Positions 1 to 9,819 of a stretch of 64,000 nucleotides of DNA are shown piece after piece. Position 1 is the first letter of the stretch. The number at the start of each line of letters is the position of its first letter. Origin of the DNA: a virus. Taxonomy: Duplodnaviria > Caudoviricetes. Position numbers and translations under genes: made by a program. The notes beneath the pieces are model-generated. The model saw nothing but the letters and a program-made list of their open reading frames with translations, searched no databases and was not told where the DNA came from. The stretch lies in IMG/VR virus record IMGVR_UViG_3300009787_000007, positions 1 to 64,000 of that record. One strand, 5' to 3'.

Positions 1-168
1 AAGCTTATAAAAAGGAATGAGTTTATTATAGACCATTGTAATAGAGTATTAGCATTATATTCAGGTATAGAAGAGGGAGGTACATATCATGCGATTAAGT
101 ATGCAGAAAGTAAAGGTAGAGAAGTATATAATTTATGGTTAGCATATAGATATTTAGAAGATATATAA
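1..168 (+). CDS. 3' end of YspA/DUF1273-like SLOG-family protein (partial, runs off window start)
   Basis: Manual translation of frame 1: KLIKRNEFIIDHCNRVLALYSGIEEGGTYHAIKYAESKGREVYNLW...*. It matches the RN..(M/I)(V/I)D....LA.(W/Y).G...GGT....YA signature of YspA-type SLOG proteins. Not in the ORF track. Confidence 0.75.
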   Translation, partial: KLIKRNEFIIDHCNRVLALYSGIEEGGTYHAIKYAESKGREVYNLWLAYRYLEDI

Positions 169-173
169 AATTA

Positions 174-201
174 TTGATCTTACTCATAATATTGATATAA
201 T
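174..201 (+). promoter_or_regulatory. sigma70-type promoter with extended -10, upstream of the replication genes
   Basis: TTGATC-16 nt-TATAAT with TG one base upstream of the -10 (TGATATAAT), about 45 nt before the ATG at 246. The AT-rich background lowers specificity. Confidence 0.45.
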
Positions 202-245
202 ATAGACTAATCATCTAAATTATCGATATTAGTAAAACTAAGTTT

Positions 246-1088
246 ATGAGCATAACATTAGAGAAAGTTAGTTATCAATCTGAGAATACCACAGAGAAAG
301 GTAGAGTATATAAAGGTACTGACAATTTAGCATATCCATCAGTAACTACGATATTAAAGCACTATGAAAACAGCAAAGAGTTAATAGCATGGAAAGAGAG
401 ATTAGGTAAAGAAAAGTCAACTAGGATATCTCAAGAAGCTGCTGCTAGAGGTACATTAACACATAGTCATATAGATAATTATTTACATAATAGAGCTAAC
501 TTTTCTAACGATAATGATTTAGTTAAATATCTAACTAGTATAGATAATATCTTTGCTAGTAATGCGATTAATTACTTTTATAAAAGAGTAGGTAATATTA
601 ATTCAGAACAAGCGGTATTTTATAAAGACAGTGTAATAAGATATGCTGGAAGATATGATTCGTTAGAAAATATTAGAGCTAATACATTTTTTTATAGAGA
701 TACTCAAGAGAATGTATTACCAGGAATAGCATTAGTTGATTTAAAGACTAAAGATAAATTACCTAGAATAGATAAAGTAGATTTCTTAGTTAAATATGCT
801 TTACAAGGTGCTGCTTATACTAATGCTATAGAAAACAGTAGTGATATCAAAATTAAATATTTTATTATAGTATTTGCTAGTCCTAAGAAGTCTATATGTT
901 TATTATTTAATAGAGATGATTTAGATTTTTATTATGAAAAGTTTTATAGTTTTGCTACTAATTACTTTGATGCGAGTAAATTTGTAATTAGTTGGACAAA
1001 GCTGATATCAGAAGCTACATCTAGATATAAATGGCAGGATATGTCATATGTAGACTCAATTCCTAGAGAAATTAGACCTATACTTTAA
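246..1088 (+). CDS. PD-(D/E)xK exonuclease (Cas4/MGME1-like phage exonuclease)
   Basis: YPSVTTIL, AAARGTLTHSHID, EQAVFY, YAGRYD, LVDLKT and Q.AAY motifs typical of phage PD-(D/E)xK exonucleases. Confidence 0.85.
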   Translation: MSITLEKVSYQSENTTEKGRVYKGTDNLAYPSVTTILKHYENSKELIAWKERLGKEKSTRISQEAAARGTLTHSHIDNYLHNRANFSNDNDLVKYLTSIDNIFASNAINYFYKRVGNINSEQAVFYKDSVIRYAGRYDSLENIRANTFFYRDTQENVLPGIALVDLKTKDKLPRIDKVDFLVKYALQGAAYTNAIENSSDIKIKYFIIVFASPKKSICLLFNRDDLDFYYEKFYSFATNYFDASKFVISWTKLISEATSRYKWQDMSYVDSIPREIRPIL

Positions 1089-1177
1089 TATGTATATACA
1101 TATGTATAAGTATATAAGTTTAATTAAAATACAAAGTAAGTTATTATAACCACTAATTATTATAAAGTATATATTAT

Positions 1178-2134
1178 ATGAAATTTAATATAATGGACTA
1201 CTTAGATAATATAGAGATAATCAAGAATAATTCTACTTGGATAGAAGCTAAATGTCCTGTATGTAATGGAAGGTTAAAGATTAGTAAGAATCCTAGTAAA
1301 TATGGTGCTTATGCTTGTTATACAGAGGAATGTCATAGTAAATCTAATAATTTAATTAGAAAGAAACTATATAAACCTTTTAGTCCATTTAACAGGAGTA
1401 ATATATATACTAAACCAGAATTAAAAAGAAAGATAACACATATTTTAGTAAAGAGATTAGAATTAGATTTTAATATAGATAAAAGTATTGATTATACTAG
1501 TTTTCTAACTAATATATCTTTCTTAGAACCTATTGAGAAAGTTTATAATAATCGATATGTTTATAAGAAAGAAACATATTATAATTATAATTCTTTCCTA
1601 ATAGTTAGGAATGATATTTTATTGAAGAAAAGTAATGAAAGAAGTAAGTATTTTTATCCTATATATTATAAAGATAATAATATAGTAAAAGGATTACCAG
1701 ATATGATTACTTTACCTATTTATAGGAAAGATTATATACAAGAATCAGTAATATTTGTAGAAGGTGAAAAATGTGCTACAATCTTACAGTCTTTAGGAAT
1801 AGCTAGTATAACATTAGCTCATTTTACATATACAGAAAGGTATTTAGATAGATATATTAATAATTTATATCTATCAGGAGTAAGAAATGTAATTTATTTA
1901 ATGGATAATGATGAAGTAGGATTACATAAAGCTAAGTTAGTTACTAATTTTCTAGCTAAGAATAGTATTAAGAGTAGATATATCAATATAGTTGATATAG
2001 AAGCTTATAAACAGTATACAGAGATAAAAAGATTTGATGTATATGATTTATATGAAGAAGGATTAGTTAGAAAAGATACTGTAAATCAATTTGTAAATAA
2101 TTTAATTAACTATTTACAAGAAACTAAATTGTAG
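1178..2134 (+). CDS. DNA primase (N-terminal Zn finger plus TOPRIM domain)
   Basis: CPVC...C...CH zinc finger; TOPRIM motifs VIFVEGEKCA and YLMDNDEVG; lies directly upstream of the helicase. Confidence 0.8.
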   Translation: MKFNIMDYLDNIEIIKNNSTWIEAKCPVCNGRLKISKNPSKYGAYACYTEECHSKSNNLIRKKLYKPFSPFNRSNIYTKPELKRKITHILVKRLELDFNIDKSIDYTSFLTNISFLEPIEKVYNNRYVYKKETYYNYNSFLIVRNDILLKKSNERSKYFYPIYYKDNNIVKGLPDMITLPIYRKDYIQESVIFVEGEKCATILQSLGIASITLAHFTYTERYLDRYINNLYLSGVRNVIYLMDNDEVGLHKAKLVTNFLAKNSIKSRYINIVDIEAYKQYTEIKRFDVYDLYEEGLVRKDTVNQFVNNLINYLQETKL

Positions 2135-2177
2135 TAGAATGATGAAAGTTAAAGTTATCCAAGGTGAGTGTGAGTAG

Positions 2178-3968
2178 ATGTCTATTGGAACTATAGATGA
2201 AATTCAAAAACTAGAGTATGATGTAAACGATCACTTAAGCTTATATGATAAGTATACTAATGATCTAAGACTATATATACAAGCTTGTGATAAATTTACT
2301 CCTGAAACATACCAAATTGGTACTAGACATTTATTTAATATTATATATGATAAATGGCTAAAACCTCTAGGCTTTACTCCAGCAGAGATTAGATCAGATA
2401 TTAGAGAGATACAAACACCTAAGACTAGTTTTAAGGAAAGTTATGACCTAAGATATGCTCTACAAAATTATAAACCTGGTTCAAGTTGGTTAATTCCTAA
2501 TTTTCTTAGAAATGTAGGATTACAACTAGTTCTAGGTGCTACTAAAGTAGGTAAATCTAAATTAGTCTATTGCTTAATATATGCAGTTACTGTAACTCAG
2601 AAAATACTTAATAGACCTGTGAAACCTGGTAAAGTTCTATTCTATCAACTGGAAGAACCTGAAGAAACTATTAACGAAAGACTATTTTACTGCGGTTTTG
2701 GTAATACTGATGATGAATTGTCTAGCTTAATAGCTAATTTCGGTGATTCAGTACGTATAAATAGGTCATTCCGTATAGATACCGATATAGATAAATTAAT
2801 AAAAGCTATAGCTGAATATAAACCAGCTTTAGTAATTATAGATTCGCTTAGAAAGGCTGCATTACAGTGTAATGTATCTGAGAACAGTGCTGAGATGGGT
2901 AAATTAGTGTATAGTTTACAGCAAGTAGCTAGTTACTGTGGTACGTGTATATTACTGATACATCATAAGAACAAAGCAAAGAGTAGTGATTCAGTAACAA
3001 GTAGTGCTGGTAGTACGAGTATTATATCAGCTACAGATGGTGTAATTGATTTATCTGCTAATGACAAATCTGATCCAGAGTTAATTACACTAAAGACATT
3101 ACCTAGAAATGGAATACCTATAACGATAGAGTATAAGATAAGAACAGATCCAAACGGGTTTTGGTATATAGATGTAGAGCATGAAGAAGCAGCAGCGAGT
3201 GAAAAGATTACTGGTAAGATACTTAGGTTTCTTGGAAACAATGTAGGAGAGTATTATAATCAATTTGCAATAGCTAAAGCTATAGGGCATGATTACAGAG
3301 ATAAAGAGTTCAAGAAAGCGATTTATTACTTACAGAACTCCCAGATAATTAGATATCAGCATATACAGAAGACATTAATGTTCTGTTTAGATGCAGATAG
3401 TGTATGGGTAGTTAATCCTCAAGATATGGCAGAAAATATAAGAACTCCAGCATTGTTAGCTGCTAATGCTTTAATTACCTGTTCAACTAAGAAACAATTA
3501 AGACAATTAGTAGTTGAACTAGGATTAGAACTAAGAAAAAAAGCTCAATCACTAATGTTTCCTAGTGAAAAAGCTAAATTAGCACAATATATTGCAATAT
3601 GGGAATTTAAAATAGGAGATGAAGTAACTTACTTAGGTAATGTACATAAAATTGAATCTAGAATAGGTGATACATCTGTAATAGATAATACCTATAAACT
3701 AGAAGGATTAGATGATATAGTGTACGAATCTCAATTAGAAATATATATTCCTGAATTACCACAAGAAGTAGAATCTGAGAATAGCGATACTTTAGATGAT
3801 TCAGAATTATCTATATTTGATGATGATAGTAATGATAGTTTAGATGATGATACTGATTTAAGTAATAATGAGTTACTTACTGAAGAAGTAGAATATGATG
3901 ATGAAAATGTAGATGAAATAGAAGATAGTCTAGATACAGATGATTCATTCTTTGATGAAGTTGAATAG
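2178..3968 (+). CDS. RecA-fold (AAA_25/RepA-like) replicative helicase with acidic C-terminal tail
   Basis: Walker A GATKVGKS, Walker B LVIIDSL, LLIHH.NK and AGSTSI motifs; the last ~60 aa are D/E-rich. Confidence 0.8.
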   Translation: MSIGTIDEIQKLEYDVNDHLSLYDKYTNDLRLYIQACDKFTPETYQIGTRHLFNIIYDKWLKPLGFTPAEIRSDIREIQTPKTSFKESYDLRYALQNYKPGSSWLIPNFLRNVGLQLVLGATKVGKSKLVYCLIYAVTVTQKILNRPVKPGKVLFYQLEEPEETINERLFYCGFGNTDDELSSLIANFGDSVRINRSFRIDTDIDKLIKAIAEYKPALVIIDSLRKAALQCNVSENSAEMGKLVYSLQQVASYCGTCILLIHHKNKAKSSDSVTSSAGSTSIISATDGVIDLSANDKSDPELITLKTLPRNGIPITIEYKIRTDPNGFWYIDVEHEEAAASEKITGKILRFLGNNVGEYYNQFAIAKAIGHDYRDKEFKKAIYYLQNSQIIRYQHIQKTLMFCLDADSVWVVNPQDMAENIRTPALLAANALITCSTKKQLRQLVVELGLELRKKAQSLMFPSEKAKLAQYIAIWEFKIGDEVTYLGNVHKIESRIGDTSVIDNTYKLEGLDDIVYESQLEIYIPELPQEVESENSDTLDDSELSIFDDDSNDSLDDDTDLSNNELLTEEVEYDDENVDEIEDSLDTDDSFFDEVE

Positions 3969-3996
3969 TAATTAGAATAGTTAGGAGTATTAGCTT

Positions 3997-5898
3997 ATGC
4001 AGATTAAGTACATTGATAGTGATAGAGAACTAAAAGTTTTAGTTAAAGAGTTGATAAATACTAATCTACATAATGTTAGCTGTGTAGGTATGGATACTGA
4101 AGGTACAGGTCTAGATCCTCATTCAAATAAGATTAGATTAATTCAAATAGCTATAACTCAGGAACTAGTCTATATCATAGACCTATTTAAAATAAATAAG
4201 GAAGTGTACTTAATCTGTTTAAAGCGGATTATAGCTTTATTCAAACAGTATAAAACTGTAGTAATATGGCAGAATTTCAAGTATGATTTACAGATGTTTT
4301 GGGGTATAGGAATAGACTGGTACAGAGTAAATTTATTTGATACCATGTTAGCTGCACAGATGTTAGATGCAGGATTAGATGTTAAATATAATTTACAGGA
4401 TATAGCTGGAAGATATTTATATTCATATGTAGATAAAGCTGAACAGAGATCAGATTGGAGTAAAGAATTAACTAAAGAGCAGATAGAATATGCTGCGTTA
4501 GATGCTGTATTAATGATCAAGTTATATAGAGTATTAGATAAGAAATTAAAAGAAGTAACAAATAATGGAACTACATTAGAAGCTGTATTTGATTTAGAAA
4601 TGAAAGCTATATTTCCTATAGCCAGTATGGAATATTATGGATTAAGATTAGATGTAGATAGATTAGTTAATCATGCTAAACCTGAATATGAAGCTTTGTT
4701 AGAAAAAGCTGAACAGACATTTTTAGAATTAATGCCAACTAGATATGCTAGGTATAACATATTAGGTGAATTAGTAGATAAAGGAATTGACTTAAATAGT
4801 AATAGTCAAATATTAGAAGTATTACAAGAATTAGGTATACCTAATCCTAATCCAGATATAGATGCTAAGTTAATTCAATCTACAGCTAGAACTACTGTAG
4901 GATTAGTAGATTTAGTAGAATATCCTATTGTATATGCTTTATTAGACCATAGAGGAGCTAGTAAATTATTAAATGGTTATGTAAATGCTTTACCTAATAC
5001 TATAAATCCTATAACTAATCGTATTCATGCTAGTTTTAGACAAAGTATAAATACTGGAAGAGTAGCTATTTCTTCTCCTAATTTACAACAAATTCCTAGA
5101 CCTAAACCTAATCAACAATATACAATTAGAAGCTGTTTTGTGCATGAAAGCGGTTATATATACGATTTAGCGGATTATAGCCAGGTAGAATTGAGAGTAA
5201 TAGCAGAGGTAATACATCAAGCTACTGGATGTGATGTAATGTTAAGAGAGTTTTTAGATGGAAAAGATCCATATGCTAATACTGCTGCGTTATTATCTGG
5301 AATGAGTTATGAAGACTTTTGTAAGTTAGAAAAGAGTGAATATAAGAGTAGAAGACAATCAGCTAAAGCAGTAAGACTTGGATTTAATTACTGTATGGGA
5401 GCTAAGAAGTTTAAGAACTATGCTAAGTTAAATTATAGTGTAACTATGTCTCAAAAGCAAGCTGATGAGAATAGAAAGACATACTTTAATGCTTATCCTG
5501 GTTTACAGAAGTACCACTATATGTTTAAAGATAAATCTATATTAGAAGCTTATACTTTACCTCCATTTAATAGAAGAAGATTATGGGAAGTTTATGAAGG
5601 TGCAGGTGCTTTAGTTAATCAAGGTATACAAGGTACAAGTGCTGATATTACTAAAGTAGCTATGTACTATCTATTCGATGAACTATATAATAAAGGTTAT
5701 CATCCAGCAGCTAGTCATGATATAAAATTAGTGCTACAAGTTCATGATGAAATAATCCTAGAAGCTAAAGAACATCTAGGTGAATATGCTTTACATATAT
5801 TAGAGAAATATATGATTCAAGCTGGACAAGAAATTATAAAATCTTGTCCTATCCTAGCTGATGGTAATCTAGTACATAGTCTAGCTGAAAAGAATTAG
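3997..5898 (+). CDS. polA: family A DNA polymerase (3'-5' exonuclease plus polymerase, no 5' nuclease)
   Basis: ExoI MDTEGTGL, ExoII QNFKYD, ExoIII YAALDA; TGRVAISSPNLQQIP; motif A DYSQVELRV; motif B RQSAKAVRLGFNY; motif C LQVHDEI. Confidence 0.95.
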   Translation: MQIKYIDSDRELKVLVKELINTNLHNVSCVGMDTEGTGLDPHSNKIRLIQIAITQELVYIIDLFKINKEVYLICLKRIIALFKQYKTVVIWQNFKYDLQMFWGIGIDWYRVNLFDTMLAAQMLDAGLDVKYNLQDIAGRYLYSYVDKAEQRSDWSKELTKEQIEYAALDAVLMIKLYRVLDKKLKEVTNNGTTLEAVFDLEMKAIFPIASMEYYGLRLDVDRLVNHAKPEYEALLEKAEQTFLELMPTRYARYNILGELVDKGIDLNSNSQILEVLQELGIPNPNPDIDAKLIQSTARTTVGLVDLVEYPIVYALLDHRGASKLLNGYVNALPNTINPITNRIHASFRQSINTGRVAISSPNLQQIPRPKPNQQYTIRSCFVHESGYIYDLADYSQVELRVIAEVIHQATGCDVMLREFLDGKDPYANTAALLSGMSYEDFCKLEKSEYKSRRQSAKAVRLGFNYCMGAKKFKNYAKLNYSVTMSQKQADENRKTYFNAYPGLQKYHYMFKDKSILEAYTLPPFNRRRLWEVYEGAGALVNQGIQGTSADITKVAMYYLFDELYNKGYHPAASHDIKLVLQVHDEIILEAKEHLGEYALHILEKYMIQAGQEIIKSCPILADGNLVHSLAEKN

Positions 5899-5931
5899 TA
5901 TCTATACATATATATATACAATTAAACCTAC

Positions 5932-6660
5932 TTAAGAATAAGTAGGAAGATTAGTATTTCTAGTTTCAAAGAAAGCTATTTGGCTATAAGTTTGAGTAAA
6001 ATTAAGTTCATCAGTAATTCCTCTATACATTAGATCATCTGAAGCTTTCATAAATTTATCCTTTGTATATGATTTTAAATTTAGGTTTTGTAATAACCAA
6101 GCTACAGTATCCTTTCTAAGTTGATCTAAGCTTTTAGATGGTCTATTATTAGTTAGTTTAGCTGCTTCTTTATGAGATTGTACATGGTTAACTTCATCTG
6201 CACTAATATCAAAAGCAGTTTTACGTAAAGCTGAACCACCTAGAAATCTATATATAGGTAATATTACAAAGAATACACCATTTTCTAACACTGCTACTTT
6301 AGTTATAGGAAAGTCAATATGAGATAACCATGCTTTTAGTATAATCTTAGCTTCATTTTCTAACTTACTATCATAATCTGGATATACTTTAACTATATTA
6401 TTTAGTGCTGTATCATGTTTATCTTCATCTAAGGTATTTCTAAGTAATGTTTCTACACCTAATTTACCTATTAAACCTTTTTCTATCTTACTTAATCCAT
6501 CTAGGATTAAATCTTTTACTGGTAACTCTAATAACCTTAATGCTAAACATCTATTTATTGTATCCTCTGCACCTTCTATAGCATATTCATTAGTTGTAGG
6601 ACTAATTGGATTCCATTGCTTTCTCTTATTCTGTACTTGCTTAAATATTACTGATGTCAT
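5932..6660 (-). CDS. nrdB: ribonucleotide reductase small (beta) subunit, ferritin-like, cyanophage P60/P-SSP7 (Cyano SP) type
   Basis: Metal ligands LELPV, DEDKH, LENGVFF, DEVNH; C-terminal Tyr (PTYS); adjacent to the alpha subunit. Confidence 0.85.
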   Translation of the reverse strand: MTSVIFKQVQNKRKQWNPISPTTNEYAIEGAEDTINRCLALRLLELPVKDLILDGLSKIEKGLIGKLGVETLLRNTLDEDKHDTALNNIVKVYPDYDSKLENEAKIILKAWLSHIDFPITKVAVLENGVFFVILPIYRFLGGSALRKTAFDISADEVNHVQSHKEAAKLTNNRPSKSLDQLRKDTVAWLLQNLNLKSYTKDKFMKASDDLMYRGITDELNFTQTYSQIAFFETRNTNLPTYS

Positions 6661-6805
6661 AACTTATTGCTCTATCTCTAATTACTGTTTTTATATCTTA
6701 ATCTAAATTTTAGTCTAAATCTTAATCTTTATAAAATTAATTTTATAGTTTTCTAACTTTTATCGCATTTTTAAATTATAAAATTACTAATACACTTATA
6801 TATGT

Positions 6806-6838
6806 AAAAATACACATAAAATATTAATCTATGTGTAT
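6806..6838 (-). terminator. candidate intrinsic terminator between RNR alpha and beta
   Basis: 9-bp stem ATACACATA/TATGTGTAT followed by a U5 run on the minus strand. Confidence 0.4.
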
Positions 6839-6916
6839 CAATACTATATAAAATTATCTGTTTTCTAACTAATTTAATACGACATATAAGCGTATTAAAA
6901 CTAATTAGTATTTACT

Positions 6917-8746
6917 TTATTCTGCACAAGCAGCACAATATTCTGTATTAGATATAGAGCAGGAAGCTGAATTAGTATCAGGAATAGTAATATTATCTTG
7001 AGGTAGACCTACAGATTCCAAGAGATATTTATTAAAAGCTTGCATTAGATTAGATTCAGTTTCAGTTAGAGGTTTAGATTGAGTTTCATCATCTTTTACT
7101 AAGTCTAATCTAAAGAAGTTATCATCATGGATTAAACCTACTGATAATCCAGCATTAATATTAGATTTATCATTAAATGCTTGATCAACCATCATACGAT
7201 AGTAAGTAGTAAGTATAGGACTATTTAACCAATCTTTAAACCAATCTATATCTACATCACATTGACTCCAGATATTGAATGAAATACAATGTGCTTTACC
7301 ACTACTATTCATTAATAATTGCCATGCTTTAACTAGTTTGTAATATACATCCCAACCTACTTGTTCAGCAGTTTCAATGTCAAAAGGATATTGATATTCA
7401 ACTGTACTAGAATCTGTTTCATTTACAGCACCTTTAATCTCAGAATCTCTTGTAATTCTCTTAGTTTCAGGATGACATATAGGTGGTGATATCTCAGGAC
7501 TAGTAGTATATCCATATTTATCTTTAGCTCTAAATGCAGTTGATACTGTTGGAGCAATAGCTACCATTCTATCCATTTTATAACTATCACCAATCTTACC
7601 TACAGCTATCATAGCTTTATGTAATTTTCTACATAGTCTTAGCTCTTTCATTCCATAGGATTTATTAAGAGATTTAATATGCTTATAAATCCTAGCTAAA
7701 TTATTCTTACTATAAGGTTCTAATAATGTAAACCAGTCATATAAAGCATCTGCAAAGTTTTTATAACTAATCTTTAACTCAGATAGTAAATTACCTAATC
7801 CTATTACTCCTAATCCTACTTGTCTATCTTCTCTAGGATTTAAATAGTTACTATTACCTACTCCAGTAATACTATGTAATCTACATAGAAATTTAGCTCC
7901 ATTACTGAATGCTCTAATGATACTATTATAACTACATTTACCTAAATTAATAGGAGTAAGTAAACATGTACCTCTACTATATAACTGTACTTCCATACAT
8001 AGTTGCGTATATAGTCTATATTTATATATGTCATTACTATCTGGAGGATAATTTACTTGTTTATTAGTTACAGGATCAAGCCATCTTTTTTTAGATAGCC
8101 ATAGAGTTCCATTTCTTACAGCTTCTAAGATTTTATCTAGATAAGGATTATTAAGGATATAATCTTTACTATTTGGATTATCATCGATATACAATGCTCT
8201 TTTTAACCAAGGTATTCTACTTACATCCATATTAATAAAGCCAGTAGTAAAAGCATTTTCTCTAGTTGGTTCAATATATAATTCAGGATGTTCAGCGTCT
8301 ATATAAGCTGAAATTCCACCTTTCTTATATCTAATTCCACCTCTACGTAATACTTCATTCTGTTTAGAGTAAAATTCCATGAATGAACATACACCTGAAG
8401 ATACTAATCCTTTACCATTATCATTACCTATAGGTCTTAGTTTACCTAGATATAATGAAACTCCTGCTCCATATCTTAAAGCTTTAGATGTAAATAACCA
8501 TGATTCTTCAATACCATCTTTACCTTCCATAGAATCTTCTACCACCATCATAGTACATGATACTGGATATCTAGATTCAGGATTAGCTAACCAATTTAGT
8601 ATCCTTCCTACTACTTCTATCTCAGGATTAGCTTTTAATAACTCTAATAACTCTGACTTAACTTTCTCTATCTTAGATTGTTTAGTAATCCACTTACTTC
8701 TACTTCTTCTAGGTTTATTAACAGTAATTATTTGTTTTCTAGACAT
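6917..8746 (-). CDS. nrdA: ribonucleotide reductase large (alpha) subunit, cyanophage P60/P-SSP7 type class I
   Basis: SRYPVSCT, EDSMEG, GAGV, LRRGG, (Q)LCMEV active-site loop, RQVGLG, IAPT, TYY tyrosine pair, C-terminal CAAC. Confidence 0.92.
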   Translation of the reverse strand: MSRKQIITVNKPRRSRSKWITKQSKIEKVKSELLELLKANPEIEVVGRILNWLANPESRYPVSCTMMVVEDSMEGKDGIEESWLFTSKALRYGAGVSLYLGKLRPIGNDNGKGLVSSGVCSFMEFYSKQNEVLRRGGIRYKKGGISAYIDAEHPELYIEPTRENAFTTGFINMDVSRIPWLKRALYIDDNPNSKDYILNNPYLDKILEAVRNGTLWLSKKRWLDPVTNKQVNYPPDSNDIYKYRLYTQLCMEVQLYSRGTCLLTPINLGKCSYNSIIRAFSNGAKFLCRLHSITGVGNSNYLNPREDRQVGLGVIGLGNLLSELKISYKNFADALYDWFTLLEPYSKNNLARIYKHIKSLNKSYGMKELRLCRKLHKAMIAVGKIGDSYKMDRMVAIAPTVSTAFRAKDKYGYTTSPEISPPICHPETKRITRDSEIKGAVNETDSSTVEYQYPFDIETAEQVGWDVYYKLVKAWQLLMNSSGKAHCISFNIWSQCDVDIDWFKDWLNSPILTTYYRMMVDQAFNDKSNINAGLSVGLIHDDNFFRLDLVKDDETQSKPLTETESNLMQAFNKYLLESVGLPQDNITIPDTNSASCSISNTEYCAACAE

Positions 8747-9081
8747 TTCTTGTACTCTTGATTCGCTATTATATCATCTGTATGTATTATATTACCATAT
8801 CTAACTAGATTTGTAAATAACTTTGACATAATACCAAGTACCTTAGTTTCTATAGCTTTAGCTACTAGTGATTGTTTAACTAATACTTCATTATTTATAT
8901 TCCTACACCATGATTCTAATTCAGGATCATATTCTAATAACTTAGTTGAACTACAAGGTATTTTAAATATAACTACTTTATCCGGTTTTAGATGACAGAA
9001 TAAAGGTAATGTATTAGCTGAATATACTAAGTTATTATATTTACATACTATATATATAAATGTTTCTTTATTTAATTCCAT
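8728..9081 (-). CDS. hypothetical protein
   Basis: 117-aa ORF overlapping the nrdA start, same strand and codon style. Confidence 0.6.
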   Translation of the reverse strand: MELNKETFIYIVCKYNNLVYSANTLPLFCHLKPDKVVIFKIPCSSTKLLEYDPELESWCRNINNEVLVKQSLVAKAIETKVLGIMSKLFTNLVRYGNIIHTDDIIANQEYKKCLENK

Positions 9082-9150
9082 TTTAATTCCATATTAATAT
9101 TAATTTAAATTATTTTAACTAGTATTATACAGTAATTATGGAACAAAGTA

Positions 9151-9179
9151 TTGACATTAATTTTTTTTAATTGTATAGT
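9151..9179 (+). promoter_or_regulatory. near-consensus sigma70 (early) promoter
   Basis: TTGACA-17 nt-TATAGT in the divergent intergenic region, 65 nt before the ORF at 9245. Confidence 0.7.
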
Positions 9180-9244
9180 TACTATATAAGTACAACTTCT
9201 AATTTCTAGGAGAGATTGGAGTAAAAAATCACCTTATAGAAAGT

Positions 9245-9802
9245 ATGGCAGATATAAAAACTAAATTTAATCAGATAGTAAGGAGATTAAATTATAATCA
9301 GATAACGGTATTAGATATAGATGCAGCTAAGATAGAATCCTGGTCATATAAGAATATACCTGATGTTGTAAGTCAATTAGAAACATTAGGATGGAATTTA
9401 GATAATGATAATACATGGGAAGAAACTATATTTTTAAATAGTATTATTAAATGGTATGGAAATAGAATAGGATTGTATATAACATCATCTTATTTAGATT
9501 ATAAATTAGCTTATTCTTTATTAGATACTATAGAATTTTCTAACTTAAGAAAGGATTTTGATCTTTCTAATCATACTGTATTATTATTAGATCCTATAAT
9601 TCTTATAGATTGTGAGGATTTAGATAGTATATATAATAATTTAGACTTTACTAAACATTATGGTTATATAGATTATAGTCATTATGATGATAAAGAACAA
9701 TTATATAAAGATTATCTAGATGAATGGAATTGGTTACAAGCTGAAGATCAAGATGATACAATATGGACAGCTAGACAAATTAATAAAGTATTAGCAAACT
9801 AA
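9245..9802 (+). CDS. hypothetical acidic early protein
   Basis: 185-aa ORF, first gene behind the consensus promoter. Confidence 0.7.
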   Translation: MADIKTKFNQIVRRLNYNQITVLDIDAAKIESWSYKNIPDVVSQLETLGWNLDNDNTWEETIFLNSIIKWYGNRIGLYITSSYLDYKLAYSLLDTIEFSNLRKDFDLSNHTVLLLDPIILIDCEDLDSIYNNLDFTKHYGYIDYSHYDDKEQLYKDYLDEWNWLQAEDQDDTIWTARQINKVLAN

Positions 9803-9819
9803 AGTCATAAGAAATACAC

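Noticed and set aside
1-6. Window starts with a HindIII site (AAGCTT), suggesting a cloning boundary
   Set aside because: The same hexamer occurs internally (for example near 2001), so it is not informative.
3997-8746. Inteins or group I introns in polymerase or RNR
   Set aside because: Both proteins are of normal length with contiguous motifs. No intein splice-junction residues or endonuclease motifs were seen.
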